64,000 nucleotides of DNA from Octopus sinensis (taxonomy: Eukaryota), in NCBI RefSeq assembly GCF_006345805.1, contig NC_043003.1, forward strand, positions 14,012,001-14,076,000, given 5' to 3'. This document shows, one piece after another, positions 61,615-64,000 of the stretch. Numbering within the stretch: position 1 is the stretch's first letter; every line of letters begins with the position of its first letter. A program made the position numbers and the translations under genes. The notes below the pieces were generated by a model. The model saw only the letters and a list, made by a program, of their open reading frames with translations. It searched no databases and was not told the DNA's origin.

Positions 61615-62439
61615 CATACATACATATAAAACAGGCTTCTTTTGGTCTCTGTCTACTAAATCCATCCTCAAGGCTTTGGTTGGCCTGGGATACTGAAGAA
61701 CATACGGCTGTGCAGTGGGACTGAGCCCAGGACCTCAGGCTTTTTACAATTTTAATTCAAATCCTCTCAAAGTCAACTCTACTTTTCACCCTTTGTGGTA
61801 GGTGGGGGTGGATAAAATAAAGTACCGATCAAGAACTGGGAGAAAGGGGTCAATGCCATCAACTTGTGCTCCTCTCCTTAAAATTGGTGGCCTTATGCCA
61901 AAATAAAAAAAGGACTGTTGAAGAAATGTCTTTATTTTGTTGTTGTGGTCTAATACTATAAATAAGGGGTAGCCATGTATTTCTATAGCTAAACACCTTT
62001 GTTTGTCCCTCAGTCATACTTTACCCTTTCACCACCTGGCATAAAGCCATCTTCCCCACTCTCAAAAACTCTTCACCCCTCAGTTGTGAAGCCTTTTTCT
62101 TTCTCTCGTGCTCTTATTCTGTGAAGTGAGTTGCTTGGCAACCACACTAGAGCTGGTGACATGAAAAAAAAAAGCACTCGGATCACATTGTGAAGTTGTT
62201 GGTATCAGAACGGGCATCCAATCGCAGGGACCATGCCAAATGTGACTCCGGAGCTCTACACCTTGCTGGACCCCTGTGTAACCCTTCGACTATGTTGGGA
62301 AGGAAAACAAACACTAAATGATGCTGCAGCTACTGCTGCTGATGATGATGATGGTGGCGATGGTGATGATGATGATGATGATGATGACGATGATGACAAT
62401 GGTGATGGTGATGGAAAAAATGAAATCAGAAAATTCGAA

Positions 62440-63250
62440 ATCTTATTTCCCAGTATAAGACAAATTCCGAACAGAATCCTAGCGGAAGCTATCCTAACAT
62501 CAGACAAGATAAATCGCAGCATCCCTGGACCCTTTATACACAACATGCTGTTCACAACACATAACACGTAACCCCCGCAAGTAGGGATGTGGGAGAAAAA
62601 TCAATTGAATACAAACAAGCCCGGCTATAAATCTCTAACAGGTGCAAACGTTTTTTTCTTTTTGTTGTTTTTTTTGTAATAATATGTATAATATTTTCTA
62701 GGAGGCTGCACCAAATCGTTAACAAAGAAAACAGTTTTTAACTTACATGATGCATGCACAGAGAATTGATTTCTTTTTTTTTTTTCTTTTTTACGGAAAA
62801 AGTGCGATATAATTTGGACGGATATCTGCGCGTTGTATGTCCACACGGTTAAAAGAGGTAAAAAGTTTTCTTCTTCAGTAATGCGAATAAAGAAAACCGT
62901 GCTTCATTTTAAGTTTACCGTTATTGATACACACATAAAAACACCAGAGTAGGTGTAGATAAAACTTGATACCACATTGACAGCTGGCTTTCTCTAAGAG
63001 AACGCGTCTGCAATTACCTCAATGCAACAGAGAGAGAGAGAGAGAAAGCACACACGGACACGCGCACACATGCTCACTGAATCAGGTATCTTAGAACTAA
63101 AGCTTGCTTCTCACTGATAGGGCTTCTTGTCAGAAACAATCAACAAACAACAGATGTCAAAAAATATTCCGTTTCCTAAACAAGGGGGTGACGATGTATG
63201 ATGTATGAATTCCCACATCAGAGTCACACAGCCAAACCAGCACTAATGCG
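62440..63250. promoter_or_regulatory. CpG-retaining unique region, candidate promoter/first-exon zone of the minus-strand gene
   Basis: Visibly more CpG than the flanks; minus-strand donors at 62746 (CAT|gtaagt) and 63017 (GAG|gtaatt). Confidence 0.3.
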
Positions 63251-63699
63251 TTTAAGACAAAAGAGATGTAATTATTTTTTAAGATTAAAAAATTTTAAAA
63301 AGTACAACTTTAAAATTCTCTATTCCGACTTTTTTTTTTTAAATATTTTTTTATTATTTTACTTGTGACAATTGAATTTATTGAAAAACCTAGTTAACAA
63401 GAAGTGGGGGGGGGGGAATTTGCTATGAAACCTGAAAGAGTCAGTTTAGAACAAAAAAGCATCTTAAATATTCTTCTTTTTTTTTAAAGAAAGGAAGAAT
63501 TTTCTTAACATTATTATTATTTTATTATTATTATTATTATTATTATTAATTTTTTTTTACAGCTCCCCCACTCACCTCCTCCAAAATAATTACGTCAAAT
63601 TTTTCCATAGAAATCTAAAACAAAACAAAAAAAAACCCCGCAAAACAAACATTGTATTTCGATCATTGACTATGTATGTGTGCATGAGCACTAGTGCAC

Positions 63700-64000
63700 A
63701 TGTGTATGCGTGTGTGCATGGGCAGTAGCATGTGTGTGTGTATGTGTGTGCATATATGTGTATTCACATAAAGTTAATGCTAACGTGTGTATGAATGTGT
63801 GTATGTGTCTGTGTGTGAAAGCATCCTAATATGTGTGTGTGAGTGTGTGTGCGTAAGCATGCTAATATGTGTGTAGTGTGTGTGTAAGCATGCTAATATG
63901 TGTGTATGAGTGTGTGTGTGTGTAAGCATGCTAATAGTGTGTAGTGTGTGTGTGTGTGTAAGCATGCTAATATGTGTGTATGAGTGTGTGTGCGTAAGCA
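63700..64000. repeat. ~36-bp minisatellite (aagcatgctaatatgtgtgt...)
   Basis: Direct inspection. Confidence 0.85.

Overview
AT-rich, microsatellite-dense animal genomic DNA. The SINE and MITE families look like those of an octopus or other coleoid cephalopod; this is inferred from family recognition, not from a search. Most of the window is repeats: several tRNA-headed SINE families, piggyBac/hAT/mariner MITEs, non-autonomous Helitrons and a Helentron, CR1- and RTE-type LINE fragments, a (TAA)n-associated retro-element, and Penelope-type pLTR remnants. None of the listed ORFs is a convincing host gene. Three things stand out. (1) The unique islands between repeats hold a minus-strand series of about 13 very small exon candidates (7-89 nt) with canonical AG/GT borders. 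They can be chained in frame from an ATG at 60321 to a stop at 2520 and an AATAAA at 1735, suggesting an unrecognised ~100-aa micro-exon gene spanning ~59 kb. (2) At least four unrelated repeat families carry type I hammerhead-ribozyme motifs. One is a tRNA-headed SINE with a Penelope-like hammerhead tail, which also occurs as a head-to-head pair inside a single 12-bp TSD. (3) One SINE family occurs as dimers, trimers and a 7-mer with a fixed junction; both trimers and the 7-mer are each bounded by one TSD pair. The gene model and all mechanisms are inferences that need RNA-seq and repeat-library checks.
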